Notes under the pieces: generated by a model | What the model saw: only the letters and a program-made list of their open reading frames with translations | The model's database searches: none | Told to the model about the DNA's origin: nothing | Origin: a virus | Virus record (IMG/VR): IMGVR_UViG_3300044698_000419 | Location: 1 to 64,000 of that record | Length of the DNA: 64,000 bases | Reading direction: 5' to 3' (one strand) | Position numbers and translations under genes: made by a program | Part shown: positions 63,132 to 64,000 of the stretch, in pieces | How positions within the stretch are numbered: the first letter of the stretch is position 1 | Layout: each line of letters opens with the position of its first letter

Positions 63132-63473
63132 TCAGCAGGAACCCCGGTGGTTCCGACTCCGGCCACACCGGTTCCCGCCGCCGTCGAGCCCGTCGCACTG
63201 CTTCGACGGATCCTCCGGCAGGTCGGTCGACTTCAGCAGGACGTACCGCTCGTCGTCGACCGGCTGCCGGAACTCCAGCGGCTGCGTGAAGCAGTCCATC
63301 ACGCGCGCCCGCCGGTACTTCCGGGCCTGCTCGACGGCCAGCCTCCCGAAGGACTCGGCCGCCTTCGGGTCCATCCCGGTCCCGATCAGGATCCCGGCGT
63401 AGCCCGCCAGGATGCCCTCGTTGTCGTAGACCGTGAGTCCCGGCCCCTCTCCCAGTGAAACCGTCCAGCTCAC
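63132..63473 (-). CDS. Hypothetical protein
   Basis: GTGA coupling. Confidence 0.6.
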   Translation of the reverse strand: MSWTVSLGEGPGLTVYDNEGILAGYAGILIGTGMDPKAAESFGRLAVEQARKYRRARVMDCFTQPLEFRQPVDDERYVLLKSTDLPEDPSKQCDGLDGGGNRCGRSRNHRGSC

Positions 63474-63955
63474 TTCTCGTCCTCCCACCAGACGCGCAGG
63501 TCGCTGCCGTCCTTCAGTTCCGTGAGGATCCGTTCGGGGTAGTTGCCGCCCTCCGACAGGCAGTGCGCCACGCCTTCGGCCATCGCCGCCGCCCGCTCCA
63601 GCCCGATGCCCTCGCTGGCCATCAGGACCCCCATCAGGTGAGCCACCAGCGGCGCTTCGGCGTCGGTCCGGAAGGCGGGTCCCAGGTCCCTGGCCTTCAC
63701 GTAGTAGAACCGGCCCGGGACGTCCCGGGCGCGCTCCCGCCAGACCAGCAGCTCTCCGATGCTGGCCAGCCTCATCCCCTGCGTCTGGTCGGACGGCAGT
63801 CCGTCGGCGAGGCGGAGCAGCGCGTCGGCCTTCTCCTGCACCGACACCGGCTCGTTGAATCCGGCGGCCAGCATGACGCCGACGACGACCGACTTGATCT
63901 CTTCGCGGCTCCCGGTCAGCACCCTGCCGTCGTTCACCGTGATCCCGTACCTCAT
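63470..63955 (-). CDS. Hypothetical protein
   Basis: Leader CGGAAAGG. Confidence 0.6.
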   Translation of the reverse strand: MRYGITVNDGRVLTGSREEIKSVVVGVMLAAGFNEPVSVQEKADALLRLADGLPSDQTQGMRLASIGELLVWRERARDVPGRFYYVKARDLGPAFRTDAEAPLVAHLMGVLMASEGIGLERAAAMAEGVAHCLSEGGNYPERILTELKDGSDLRVWWEDEK

Positions 63956-64000
63956 GCCTGAACCTTTCCGTCGATCTTCTCGGCCAGCAGCCAGCGGCCC

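Overview
High-GC, Streptomyces-like DNA with no host housekeeping genes. It reads as a 64-kb slice of a large actinophage, prophage or phage-plasmid. No integrase, terminase or capsid gene is visible, so the element type is not settled. Layout: (1) 1-8 kb has a replication-initiator-like HTH gene, a 1700-aa tailspike-like protein with two beta-helix domains, a vWA protein and a polysaccharide pyruvyltransferase. (2) 8-17 kb has leftward small genes, including a HIT hydrolase and an AbrB/RelE-like toxin-antitoxin pair. (3) 17-23 kb has a candidate origin, initiator, DnaB-like helicase and primase. (4) 25.8-28.7 kb has 10 canonical tRNAs plus four aberrant tRNA-like elements. (5) 29-40 kb has a cold-shock protein, dCMP deaminase, endonuclease VII, MazG-like protein, PD-(D/E)XK nuclease and TerD. 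(6) 40-64 kb is a long leftward run of small genes, including two HAD phosphatases, an HNH nuclease and a macrodomain. The main discovery is three intergenic type II hammerhead ribozymes on the minus strand (49043-49112, 49357-49426, 57193-57265). Their stems I and III covary fully while stem II is invariant. Two of them bracket one 71-aa ORF, so double self-cleavage would release a 314-nt RNA whose ends can refold into a complete hammerhead, making it a candidate protein-coding circular RNA. Also seen: a genome-wide pseudo-palindromic operator (TGACCTAGGCCA) at promoters, a PafBC/RecA-NDp-type promoter, promoter-containing direct repeats around the TA pair, and an 11-bp-phased repeat tract. 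All calls were made by eye; no database searches were run.
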